A DNA stretch of 64,000 bases. It comes from Harriotta raleighana (lineage: Eukaryota). Position numbers and translations under genes: made by a program. Shown here one piece after another: positions 37,853 through 50,250 of the stretch. The notes below the pieces were generated by a model. That model did not search any database. It was not told the DNA's origin and saw only the letters and a program-made list of their open reading frames with translations. The stretch's first letter is position 1; the number at the start of each line of letters is the position of its first letter. The stretch is taken from the NCBI GenBank assembly GCA_050575255.1, contig JBNZDD010013714.1, forward strand, positions 5,275,254 through 5,339,253, given 5' to 3'.

Positions 37853-38393
37853 TTCAGTTCCAGGGTTGCATCAGTCATTGCAGGTGACTTTTAAGTCATG
37901 GAAAAAGCTGGCCAACTAGGCCCCTGACTCAGCGAGATCTCAGCCCAGCTTCAGGCAACGGACTCTAAGGTGACAGTCTCCCTTAAATGTTGCTAGGAAT
38001 CCCTTCAATGCCCAAATCAGGAAAAATGCAGAAGCATTTCAAGCGGTATTCAAAGTTAGAAATCGCTCTCTACGGTGACTGAAGAATATCAGAGGCCTGT
38101 TGAAAGGAGATACTAACACCATCAAATTTCTAATCAGAGCCATGTGGATATGTCACATCAATTGTACAGTGAAGGGCTTAAGGGCTCCAGCACTCAGCTT
38201 TCCATCTGATGCCCATCTCTATTTTCAATGTATTTGTACAGCTTAAACTAAATAAATAATCCAATGCTACCACAACCCTGTCTAAACCACACAATGTTGT
38301 TTTATTTTTAAATGCAACAGCGCAGGAAGGCAACACAAATTAAAGACAGCTTTGCTCAACGAGGCAAAAAAAAAAAGGGACTGGTTCACATAC

Positions 38394-38513
38394 TATTTGC
38401 TCCATCGCTCGCCAATAGTTCTCCAAAGTTGCCATTGGTTGAAACCACCAGTCAGTCTGCTTTGCTGAACGCTTCCCTTGGAACCAGAACTGTCGTAACC
38501 ATTCAAACTCCAC
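38394..38513 (-). CDS. FTO: FTO coding exon 7 (120 nt)
   Basis: [40 protein letters not shown]; ttgcag|...|gtatgt. Confidence 0.97.
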
Positions 38514-38561
38514 CTGCAATGAAAGTCAGCATTGTTACATTGCCACTAATCATCCACATTG

Positions 38562-39290
38562 TATAATGACAATCCTTACTTTGATACGGTACCTTGAAAC
38601 ACAATGAATGTCTCAAAATGCTTTCAAAAGTTTCTGCCAAGTATATTGTAAGAAAATGTGGGAACCAATTAGCTCAAAGAGAAAACTCACAATCAGCCCA
38701 TGAAGTGAATGACTAAATTCATCTGAGGGCTTGTTCGCCAGGAGAAACTCCCTTTTCTTTTCAAATTGGATCTTTAACTTCCATTTGGATCCTCAGTTTA
38801 ATATCTCATCTGAAGGATGATTTCCTGAGCAATCAAAATAATAATCCTTGCATTTGATATCGTGCTTTCCACGACTTTGAGAGGTATCAAAACACTTCAT
38901 AGAATATACTGTAAAATGAATTGAATGTATATTTGGAGGCGAAACATGCCAGTCAATTGCGCACCTAGACCCCAAACACTGATTGGAGTGTCAGCCTGAG
39001 CTAGGAGCTCAAAATCCCAATGTGGGGCTTGAACCCACAAACCTGTGACAAGAGTTGACAATGTTACCAACTGAGCCATGCTGAGGCATAAAATAAAAAG
39101 TCATGAAACATATAGGGGGGTGTAATATGCACTTTATTCCATTGGGGTTCCAGAATAAGCAGATTGTTATTAAATAATCATAATCATAATAATCCTTGCA
39201 TTTGATATAGCGTTTTTCACGTCTTCCAGACATCTCAAAGAGCTTCATACAACATACTGTAAAGTAAAATCGACTGTATATCGTGCTGAC
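38562..39290 (-). mobile_element. Cluster of nested DeuSINE pieces (three tails, Deu domain, tRNA head)
   Basis: Tails at ~38565, 38838 and 39178; Deu domain cctcagtttaatatctcatctgaag; head ggagtgtcagcc...ggggcttgaacccacaa...accaactgagcca. Confidence 0.85.
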
Positions 39291-39597
39291 TCATGGAAAT
39301 ACTATAACCATTGAGATCTACATTTGGATGAGAATCCTGCAAGTTTGTATGATTGTTACTACAGATTACTAGAAGATTATGCTGCTTGGTTATGGCGATA
39401 TGGTATTACTGGGGCATAAACAAATACAGCCAATAGTATAGTGAAAAGAGAGTTAATGTTACTATTATTATTAGTTTCACTGGGTCTGTGGAAGTAGCAT
39501 AGTTGATGAGTTGAATAAGTTTTCCTCGATACGTTCTTTTTTCCTTTCTTTAACTCAAAGTATGAGTGCAGTCATTCCATACCTATTGCTACTGAAA

Positions 39598-39760
39598 TAG
39601 ACCAGCCGGGGAGGTAGTGGAAGTAAATTGTCTCAATATTTTGAAGAGGGAATTTGACAGGTATTTGGCGAGTAACAGAAGTGAGAGATATGAGAATTAC
39701 TTTGGGACTGCAGATGGTCTGAAAAGGTATTTTCCAGTACAGTACATTCCAATGTTTCTA
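39598..39760 (+). mobile_element. CR1 LINE 3' terminus fossil
   Basis: EVVEVNCLNILKREFDRYL..RY resembles the CR1 ORF2 end (VVEA.S...FK.ELD.YL). Confidence 0.7.
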
Positions 39761-41402
39761 TGCAATAAAGTGCACAGCATTAACAATACCAATGTGTTTA
39801 CTTCACTGACAAGACTACAACAAAGTCCCCATGGTATAGTTTTAAACCAACTGCTAGTGTGAATTCAGTGCGAATCCAATATGAATGGCAGCATTCACCA
39901 GTGCTTGAATCCGGACAGTTTGATATGGTCTCCTGGACCCACCATATTCAGCTTTGGACCTTTACACATCATTTCTTTTGAAGTCCAGTGGTTCTTTTTT
40001 ATCCAGCAACATTGTTTAAATTCCTCCACTTCAGGACACTTGTTGTGAAAAGCATGACTCTCCACTCAGAGAATTAAGTGTTTTAAGTAATTTGAGATCT
40101 TACCCCACAACCATTTCTATCTGGGTCGGATTTCACTGCTCTTCCACAGTGTGCTCCAGTTAATGACAGAAGCAGAAAGTGTTAATATAAATTAGATGCC
40201 ATTCCTTCAAATGCTTAGCTGTAGGTAGACAGTGCAGTGCCCAAGGTGCATGCTCTAGGGAGAGAGTGTGCACTCCATTACAGACGCAGAGACATGCCAT
40301 GTGGTCTCAGATTAGTTTGGTTTCTCTTAAGCACGGTACTGTAATGGGTTTCTGCATGTGTTAGACACCCGTCTAACTAAAGGAACCAGTGATTTCTGCT
40401 GGACAGTGTGTGAGTATGTATGCGTGTGTACATGGATGGATGAAGAATGAATCAGGCTTGGTTAAGCAACATTTCACAGCATGTTATGTATGTGTAATAA
40501 AAACAGCAAAAGTAGATTACATGAAATGTGGTAGTAGTGTAAAGCGCAATTACGTAATTACTGTGGGACAGTAGCATGATGGGAAAGTGCATTTGCATGT
40601 GTGAAGTGCTAGCACTGTGATGAAGAGTTTCGAGGCAAGGAAAGGCGAAAACTTTGCCACGTTGGCTGTTGATGCAAGCTGGCACTGACCTGGAGTTAGA
40701 TCTGTTGCAGGAGAAGTTAGCAAGTGTTTTTATTTTCTTTAAGAATGTATTATGGCAAAATATGATTAGTGACACAATGATCTCATAGCATCAATGGTCA
40801 ATACCAAGTCTCCAAGCTGAAAGCCGCTAAAGTGTGCCTAACAAGATGACAACGGTCCTTTATCACTTTGCCAATTTTCACTGTAAAGAGAAATCCATTC
40901 GGGAGCACAGTGGTTGGAAGACCAGTAAATTCTGGCACAGAATGATGCGTTTCTGGGGTAAGACATCAAACTGTTGAAAATCTGTTTATACTTGAGTGCT
41001 GTGTCAGGCTGTTTGCAGTAACGGTTTCGAAGCAGAAACAGTTTAACAATGCAGCTGCAAAAAAGATGTGGTTGGCAGCACGGTCCATAAAGCCTCGGTT
41101 GAAGATTATAGCACAACTAGCACTTTTATCTCAAGTCTATCGTCAAATTGGTGGGAGTTCGTTTTGGACACACCCTGTACTTGGTTCAGGGTGGCCTGAA
41201 AGGAATTTTAAACCGCGCCTGCAGAATTTGGAATTCAAATGTTTCTTTGTCATGTAAACAGAGGTGGTAAAGTTGGTTAAAATTTCAGAAAACTATGTCA
41301 CGCAGTCTCAAGCTCAAATCCCTTTTTTGTGCTCAAAAAATTGTTGATCTTAGTCGAGGAAATAGCACCGATGCTTATCCTTGGTTCCATCTGGGAAAAT
41401 CA

Positions 41403-41745
41403 TAACAATAATCCTTGTATGTGATATGGCGACTTTCACACTGGGAGGACATCTCAAAGCAGTTCACATGATTTACCGTGTATTTTGTGGGTGAATGCAG
41501 CAGTCAATTTGTGCACAGTAACATCTTACAAACAGCCAAATAGCGATGACCAATTATATGTGCATATTCATTTGAGGAAATATTCACCAGGCCAAAAGGA
41601 AAAACTCACTTAGCATTTTTAAAGTCAACTTGTACGGTCCACCTAAGGTCCACAGATGCACAGGACCTTGGTTTAATGTCTTCACCAAAGGACAGCATCT
41701 ACATCAATGCAGCATTGGACTGGAGTGCCAGCCTAGAGTGTCTGA
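41403..41745 (-). mobile_element. DeuSINE, near full length, degraded
   Basis: Tail, gcagtcaatttgtgcacag, Deu domain ccttggtttaatgtcttcaccaaaggacagcat, ctggagtgccagcctaga. Confidence 0.8.
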
Positions 41746-42509
41746 CAACCTGAGTCGAGCACCTGATGAGTCTAACATCAGGGTTACATATAGCAACTCT
41801 CTGGATGCAGAATTACATTGGGCGGCATCCTGTTATAAGTAGCCATTATCAATGTCACTATCAATGCTACTAATTCAAATTTCAGCCTTCCAAAAGCGTA
41901 TCCACAGTGAATATGTAAATGTGTATGGACATGAACTTTTGTTTTGTTTGTTTGAGGATAGACTGGATTGGGAGTTTTGATGGTTTTCACAGTTGATTAA
42001 CGTCCTGATAATCACGGTCATTCCTCACACATGAAGACCAGCCACTTGGGTGAGGAGCAGTAAGGTAGCCAGCCAGTACCTGTACATCAGCATGAATCAG
42101 CCTCTTTGGGATGAGAATGGAGACAATTCCAATGCACTGTTTATAGGAAACTGAAGCTAAAAAAAAATCATCCACTCTCCTGGTATGAATTATCACAATG
42201 AAGTATTTATCAGGTGGACTGCCTGCAATTAGGGAGCGCATTCTAAACAAACCCATTGCTCTGAGATTGTGTTTGCAAATCAACATTTTAAAAATGCATG
42301 TTTGGATGTATGCACCATCATAAGAAAGTGACAGCTGTAAAGGTAAATCCGATTCATTGTTAATAAACAAGAACATTGTGCATCAAGCATTGTTTTACCA
42401 CATCGCCACGTTTTACGATCAGTTGAGTTTCTATTGTGTAATGTTACACAACAGCACAAACGTTTACAGCGTTCAGAAGTTTCCTCTTCTCGATAATGCA
42501 TACTACTTG

Positions 42510-42710
42510 CACTATGCTCCTAACCTCTAGATCTCCATCCCTCAAACACTCCGCTTTGTCCTCCGATTCTAAATCCCACCTAAAAACCAACCTCTTAACC
42601 CACGACAATGGCTGTCCCACCCATTTACCCATCTCCCCTATCGGCCCCCTCACCGTAAAGTCTTCTGAGAAGTTATCTTAAATGAAGGAAGTTACAATAA
42701 ATTCAAATTG
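42510..42710 (+). mobile_element. L2 LINE 3' end fossil
   Basis: YAPNL*ISIPQTLR...SKSHLKTNL followed by a tail gtaaagtcttctgag...tacaataaattcaaattgttg. Confidence 0.65.
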
Positions 42711-42810
42711 TTGTCACTGAAAGTTTATGATGTTTAATTGCTTGTGCAATTTCAACTCCCCAAAAATTTAAATCAAAAAAGATTGATGCTGGTACAATAC
42801 AGTTTATACA

Positions 42811-42973
42811 GCCTTACAAACGAGAGACCTGGGTTCAATTCCAGGCAGGGTGAAATCTTGGACAAGTTTCTTTACTCCACACGCCTAATAATAATTCCTA
42901 AAAAAGAAGTTGCTCTAGACTACGTGAAAGGTGCTAAATCAAAGGCAAGGATTATTATTAGGATTATTATTAT
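42811..42973 (+). mobile_element. Internally deleted tRNA-SINE (head plus tail)
   Basis: gagacctgggttcaattccaggcagggtgaaa...ctccacacgcctaataataat...aaggtgctaaatcaaaggcaaggattattatt. Confidence 0.8.
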
Positions 42974-43047
42974 GTACCAACTTCTGTGTCAGAATGTTAA
43001 ACATTTACAGTACCTCCATAATTCACCACCAACTGACTGTCTGAGGG

Positions 43048-43175
43048 TTACTGGATTTCACCGCTGTTTAGAAACGCTGTCACTTTACTGCAATTGTATT
43101 CGGAAAAGTGGATTGTAAAGCACTTTGCAGTGATATTAGTCAGTAAGGCATCATAACTACTGTGGTGTAGTGCTC
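43048..43175 (+). repeat. 128-bp direct repeat, copy 1
   Basis: Ungapped match to 44886-45013 with 6 mismatches by hand alignment. Confidence 0.92.
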
Positions 43176-44885
43176 TTTTAAGGGTCCCTTGATGGAGTAC
43201 AAAGAAAATGCCAGGCAATTCTGCCCACAGGGATGGAGAGTAATATGAAGAGAAATGATCTCAGACTGGTCATGTACATCTCTGAATAGTCATTGGGTGG
43301 GGAGGAGAAGAGGAAGATGCAAAAGTATTGAGTGAGATAAAGAACCTACACAATATTATTTGTGCTCTTCTAAAATATAAATTATGAAATGATTCCCTGC
43401 AACTTTCATTATTTAGTTTCCGAAATCTTTGAAAGTAAATGATTGCTCACTACTCGCTACAATGCAGTCAATATTGCTGATCTCACCTCCAGGCACAAAA
43501 TGTACCTTGGCGCACACAACCTGCTTTGCAAAAATTGTTACAACTCAATATGACAGATCTATTTTGGCATCAATTTACTCATTTAGAAAAGTTTTGGTGA
43601 TTTACTATGTAAGCTGTTACCGTAGGCTGTTTGTCGGAAATGCTAGACTGCAGGCGGGTGTGAAGGCTATTGAAAATGCATTCAGTTATACTCCAAATAT
43701 TATTCACCCAGTCACTGTTTTCAGTAATGGGCTGTAGCATTGTTTTTCTAAACATCCCAGACAACAGCATCTCAGGCTGATTAAAGGCAAGGACTCCAAT
43801 TTTTAGTTCGGAATAAATATCGAAGGTCAGGTACAAAAGTCCTTGACATTTAGTGTGCATATTTAGTGTGCAGAGTCAATTATTTAGAAGTGCTGGCAAC
43901 TGAACGCCACCTGCTCAGGTAATCCATACTTCCTTTTCTTTGTACCTGTCCAACTACCAATTGCACTGACATTCTATTCTGACATGCTGAAACATACATT
44001 ACCCTTGCTGTGAGTGTGTACCGACCAATATTCTCAACGGTGACCCGAGAGTCAAACTGCACTAACCCCTTTCAATTTAAGTAGCTGAGTTTTTTCTACA
44101 TTGCACTGCTCACAGACTAAACTCAATCAATTTTCCGAGGACTGCAAGGTGGTACGTGATGAGCACTGAATCAATAGCTAGCATGCTCTTAGCTAAACCC
44201 CAGAGCTGCAGGTTGGTGTAAACCTGAAAGCATTGTCCAGCTGGCTCAAAGGCCCAGCAATCAATCAAGCCTGCCAGATCATATATTTTAGAGTAAATTA
44301 TTACTGACCAAACAATGATCTACTAGCAGCACTGATAGCTTAATTCATTCTGTAATGGCGTGTTAGTATGCATTGCTGCAACTATCTGAAGGTTGGGCAG
44401 GTAATTGTTTTGGCTTGCTGTATTCAAATGCTTACTCACACACACATACACTCACACACAACAACAACAAAATTACGCTTGTATAGCGCCTTTCACGTCG
44501 GGAGGACGTCCCAAAACATCCCACACACACTCACGCAAACACACCAGGAACTATCTTTGCAAAGCCCATCACTGGGACACATTGTTAAGTTAGGAAAATA
44601 TATATATAAGACAATACTAGTTAGCCGGCTGGAGTCAATAAATCAAGGCTCAAAAAATGTGGCTCTCATGGGCAACTTGCAACAAGCAACCCAATCTATC
44701 ATTTCCAACATTGCAGAAATAACTGTTGACCTTTCAGTACAAGTCTGTACTCTGTCATATTTTCTAACCAGTATACATGGGCCAACTTTGATTCAACTTA
44801 AACACAGCAATATATAAAGAGGTTTATGATTTGAACAGAAGCAAGTGTAGCAATTCAAATCTGAAAAATGCTTCAGACAGCTATA

Positions 44886-45013
44886 TTACTGGATTTCAGC
44901 GCTGTTTAGAAACGCTGTCACTTTACTGCAGTTGTATTCAGAAAAGTGGATTGTAAAGCACTTTGCAGTGATATTAGTCAGTAAGGCATCATAACTACTA
45001 TTGTGTAGTACTC
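44886..45013 (+). repeat. 128-bp direct repeat, copy 2
   Basis: Ungapped match to 43048-43175. Confidence 0.92.
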
Positions 45014-45931
45014 CTTGCTCCCCTCCCATAATCATTGTTTCCTCACACCATTCCACAACTTGAGACAAGGTAGTCCGCTGAAGTGTTTGACAAACAGCAA
45101 CAAATCTTCACTCTATTATGGGAGCGATTGCCCATAGACTCCATCAGAAGAAACAAATCATGTCTCAAAAGGACTATGCTCAAAGTGACTTTGGCTCCGA
45201 AAATAACTAAACACAGTGTAAGACTGAAATCACTTTGTAATTCCATATTCCCAACAATAATTATTATCTTAGAGTTTCATTAGATATTTAGACTAGCAAT
45301 AGAAGTCTCAAAAGTAATCGTAAAGCTTGCACATTAAAGAGATTTTAAAAAATGAACTGACAACAAAATGGATCCACCATTTACAGTTCTACATATTTGA
45401 GAAGTCGATGAGATGTGGAAAGCACTATACAAATGTAAGGATTATTTATATTATTACTATATTTATATTGAAAATTTCACAAACAGAAATCTTCAGCTTA
45501 ATTGCCCAGGTCCATAATGTATAAAATATATTGTTTCTGAATTTAAAAGGCAATTTCTAACACTTTCCTGGGATTTCCAGATGAACTAACTGCTGCCTTA
45601 GTTTACACCACACAACAGTATTTTAACTAACACAGTTTAAGCAATCAAACCTTATAATCGGTCAGATTTCATGCTATGGATTTGTGTGTGACCTTAAGAC
45701 AACCTTGTCCTAAAGCCTGAAAGAAATTATTTTCTTTTCATGAATTATCCAGACATGTTGCCATTTGGCAATTTATATACAGGCAAGTGAGGTACAACTA
45801 TACGCAAATAGAATTAACTCAGAACACTTACAATATTGTTTTTTGCGAGGCCCTTTGCAGAGCCATTAATACTAATGAACACGCCATTAATCATGCAAAA
45901 GTAAAATCAATGTGCCGAGAATTGGTTTTAC

Positions 45932-46075
45932 CTCATTGTGAATCTCTTCTGTTCGTTTCACAATAGCAGGTTCCAGTGAAACTAGGGAGGAATTGCCAGA
46001 TTCAGGATCTTTCTGCATATTCTTCGTGGCTAACTCACAGCGTCCGAGAATATAACCCAGGGTGCCACTGGAACA
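45932..46075 (-). CDS. FTO: FTO coding exon 6 (144 nt)
   Basis: CSSGTLGYILGRCELATKNMQKDPESGNSSLVSLEPAIVKRTEEIHNE; ttttacag|...|gtaaaa. Confidence 0.97.
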
Positions 46076-49000
46076 CTGTAAAAAAATCGATTGACCGTAT
46101 ATTAAATGGGCTTATTCATACCTAATCATAATGTACAGGCAACGATAGATCAATGAGGCCAAAGGTTTTGAAAAAGAGGAAAAGCCCGAACATCCAACCG
46201 CACAAATGAATTCTACCTGAACATCTCCACAAACAAAATTTACCGACAAACCACGATCTGGGAAAAAATGTAGAAAAGAAGAAACAAAACATTTAGCTTT
46301 GGCAGGGGATGAAATTTGTATGTTTACCACAATCTGACAATGTCTTTTAGGTTTCTCTTTAAAAGTTCAACATGGTCAAAGTGTGCTAAATTTACTGCCA
46401 TGTGGAATATAACCTTACAAGTCTCAGTGCAGTTTTAAAAAAAAAACATCAATTTTGATTTTTTTTTCTTTTTACACAATTCAGGTATTGTTTTGCATTA
46501 TGCAGAAGTACCTAGATTTATTGTTTAATCACAAACACTAAACTTAACCATAACTCCTTTCAGAATGTCATTTAATTTTAAATGCCTGCCATTGTTTCAT
46601 AAGCACTCCCTTACAGCTGGGGATTTGGAGTAAAATGCATGCCTGAATCCTGATAAATGCAAAACCATTGTGTTATGAAATCGTATACCACATGTGCAGA
46701 GACTGGAGAATATTTATATCTGGATCAAGATTATACACTTCAAGTGTTACAACTGGCTCAAGAAAATCATCAGATTTGAGTGATTGAGAGCCAGTTGAGA
46801 ATTTTTGAAATGTGTGCTTGGTGCAATAAATGCACCATGCAGTATTACACTACAGCTGGGTAGATATTCAGCTTCATTGTGTCTCCTAAGTGACGATCGA
46901 TTAATTGAGTGAAAAAAAATCAGCACAGAAAGTAACAGGATCTGTGCAGTTTCACTGTAGTCAACTGGAATGATTGGCACAGCTCCACTGGATTTACTAA
47001 TAAATATCTTTAATATGCACCACATATGTGAAGCCGGATTACGTGACTTTACGTGATGACTTTGTGATCTATAATCCAGCTTCACTTTAATAGAAAAGTA
47101 GCTGACAAGGCGTTATGTCAGTTCAATAGAATTTTGCCCTGTTTGGCACAACAGCAAAGACCCTTTTTTTGCATGGCCACTTAACCCCCACAGTAACAAG
47201 CAAATGTTTAAACTTAATAAAGCAATGACTGTGCCAGAGAAGCCTAAGATTTCAGTATTGAAGATGAAAATCTACACCTACAATTTCTTACCAGGTGAAT
47301 CCCCAACAGGGAGAGGATTGACGGAGGCCACAGGGAAAGAGTGTAAACCGGGTAGACAAAAATGTTATGGATCTGCAGGCAATAAGCCCTAATGAAAACT
47401 TGCACAACAGCACTAGCAAGCTCTGGCTTGGAGCAAGGACCCACTTTGAGGGCTGGAATGCCTTGTTATGCTAGGACACTTCACACATGAAGAAAATATA
47501 AAATACATCATCAATAAGTCACTAAAGAAAGATTGCAAAACCTACAATAACCATCCCGAACTAGAAAATAATTCAATTGCAACAGGCTTAGGTGCTCAAA
47601 ATGTTATTCAGCTGGGAATTGGGCATTTTCCTATTTTTTTTTACATTAATAACTTCTATTCAGGCCGTGGGGGGGGGAGAGGGAGGGGGGTGTTGTGGTC
47701 AGGGCGAGGCTCTGTATAGTTTGCTTCAGGGAAGATAAATTGTGAAATGAATGGTGGTATTGCCAAGTTTATACCAAAGACAAATAGAAGACTGCATTGA
47801 TTTCTCAAATTGTGAGAGTGGTTTGTGACAGACCTACTATCCTGATAGTCAAAAGTAGATATTCACTGCGATCTTACAAAGTTTGTAGCTTTTTTTAAAA
47901 AAAAGAACTTTATTCAAATCAATTTTGCAGCAGCTTTTGTTCTGCATCATTGTAAGCTTGGTGAGTGCAAGTTATGCACAAGCAATATATACAGGATGTC
48001 ATACTTCTGTAGTAAAAGACAATATTTCTCAATAAAAATCTCCAGTTCCATTCAAAGCACTTGTGTGGTGTCAGAACTTTGGCTACATAAGCCCCAGGCC
48101 CGTAATGAAATGGGAATTGCAAGCATTGATCCTATGCCATTACTGTATTTGAAAAAGAGAGGATAGTTTATATCGATGTCCTGGCTTAAATCTGGTCCAA
48201 GCAACAAGTTACAACTTTAATGTTGCCCTGAATAGATTTTGGAGCAAATGGTTCATTGTTAAAAATATTCAGTTTACTTACATAATCAGGTTTGCTTTAA
48301 TTTGATACTTCTTCTTGGTGTTGCTTTAAGTCAATAAATAGAACTAACCTAAACATATTCAGACAAGTAATGCTCATTCATTTTTACATTTTCCAAAACT
48401 GCGACCAGATGTTGCTAAATAAATGCAAGTTGCTTTAGTTTACAATTTACTTGCATGAATGCAACAATTTAAAATGAATCTGTGTTCCTTTACATTTCAG
48501 TACATTTCTAATCCTTAAAATGGATTTAACAAAATACGAGTCAAAAAATGGCCCAATTTCACTTTTGTGCAAATTTTTAAATATTGCTTCAATCCAAATT
48601 AATCTTTAATTACAATTACAATGCAATGTAAGCCGCAGTAAGCATCTTATTTCAACTTGGACTTGAAGCAAGTATTCCATAAGTGAGACACAAATTTGAT
48701 TTTCAATAGGAATTACTTTCAACTTTCGGAAGTGTAAATAATCAAATGCAAGTGAATATGTTTTCAGCATTTTAAAACCCCTTACACTATTCAGCTTCCA
48801 TATCACCAATTGTGACAGATGTGTGTATCATCTTATTTTATCTTTTTAATCCAAACTCATTTGATTTTGAAAACTAATAGTATTTAACAGACCAAACATG
48901 GGAACTATCTCAGTTAACCTGGCTTGGGGTATTGTGAGGAAGAAGAGCCGCAAATTCATCCAGCAACGCCTTTCACTACAGTAAAGTTATAGTACCTTGT

Positions 49001-49474
49001 AAGGTACAAAGATCAGGTGGAGCAATCAATTTGCCATAAATGATGAAGAAACCCTCTCTTTACATACCAGAACTTCACAAGTAATATCTGTGTTTATATT
49101 TCCCATTTTCGCTTTGCATACTTTGATGAAAAATGTATGACATGTCCATTGCAATTTTAAAAAAAAGCTTGATTTTTGTTTCACATTGTAATATGTTTGG
49201 TGGAATATATATCACGGAGGTGAAATCTCTGGAAGTAATCTTGAACAGGGCACATTGGTATCAAAATAATCTTTGTTTCAATTTCCAGTTTCGTGCAACG
49301 TAAGGATGTAAGAATTGGGATTGGGGGAGAAAAAACAGGAAGAAAGGCAGAAGCATCAATGTGAATTTTAATATTTAGATTACAATGGCATAGCAGTTGC
49401 ACCACCAGGTCAGGAAATTAAATTTTGCTAACGGCTCGAAAATAAAGCAAGGCTGCTTTAACATCCAATCTTAC

Positions 49475-49554
49475 CTCTGCCACCCGGTGGGTGCAGCTGA
49501 AGCGAGGCTGCAGACCAGACAGAACACAATGTTGATGGGTCATATTAAGATCGT
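49475..49554 (-). CDS. FTO: FTO coding exon 5 (80 nt), distal Fe-binding His and 2OG-binding Args
   Basis: [27 protein letters not shown] vs human [27 protein letters not shown]; cctcag|...|gtaaga. Confidence 0.97.
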
Positions 49555-50089
49555 CTGAGGACAGATTACAAGTCACAAATCGTCTTTAATCCATACAAAA
49601 AAATATTTTAAATGAAATTTAATCTCGAAGACAGAAAATTAGTTACGATGCGCTGCACAGAATATTACAGAACAAGCAGGAAGCAATAATTCAAGAAGCA
49701 TAGAAAGAAATACAAAATACTCTTGCAGAATGCACAGGACTAGCAAATGCAAACAATTATCAATATTGAAGAGAACAAAAATGACTGGGAGGCATACAGT
49801 TAAACATGAAATACATTATTTTCTCAAACTGCAACAGATGCTTATGTCCAGCTAAGGCATTTCATCAATCAAAATCAAACTGTAAAGTTCAATTTGGATC
49901 CTGTGTTACAATGGGAAATTTGTAACGGGACAATTTTCTTTTCTGAAGCTTTCAAAGTAGTGAAGTGTTGTGACAATGATATGCAGTTTTTCTTCACTCT
50001 TCATTTTCTTTTCAACTGCAACCATCCCTATTTAACCCATTCTCCTGTTCAACTTTTCAGTACAAAGGATCTTTGTAACTGCACTACCC

Positions 50090-50250
50090 AAATTTGGCTT
50101 CATGGCTATTTATGGGATGTGGCTGAGAGAAAATTGGCTGCCACATTTGCCTACAAAATGCAGTCACTACATTTTACAGTAAATCTGTGAAACACTTTGA
50201 GAAGTCCTCCCAACATGAAAGGAACTGCATCAAATGTAAGAATCATTGTT
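50090..50250 (+). mobile_element. SINE 3' half
   Basis: aaattggctgccacatttgcctacaaaatgcagtcactacattttacagtaaatctgtgaaacactttgagaagtcctccc. Confidence 0.8.

Noticed and set aside
40612-40660. Hammerhead-like gtgatga...gcgaaa; also cctgatgag at 41762 and tgaagatg...gaaac at 7758
   Set aside because: Core CUGANGA is missing, or stems I-III cannot be formed
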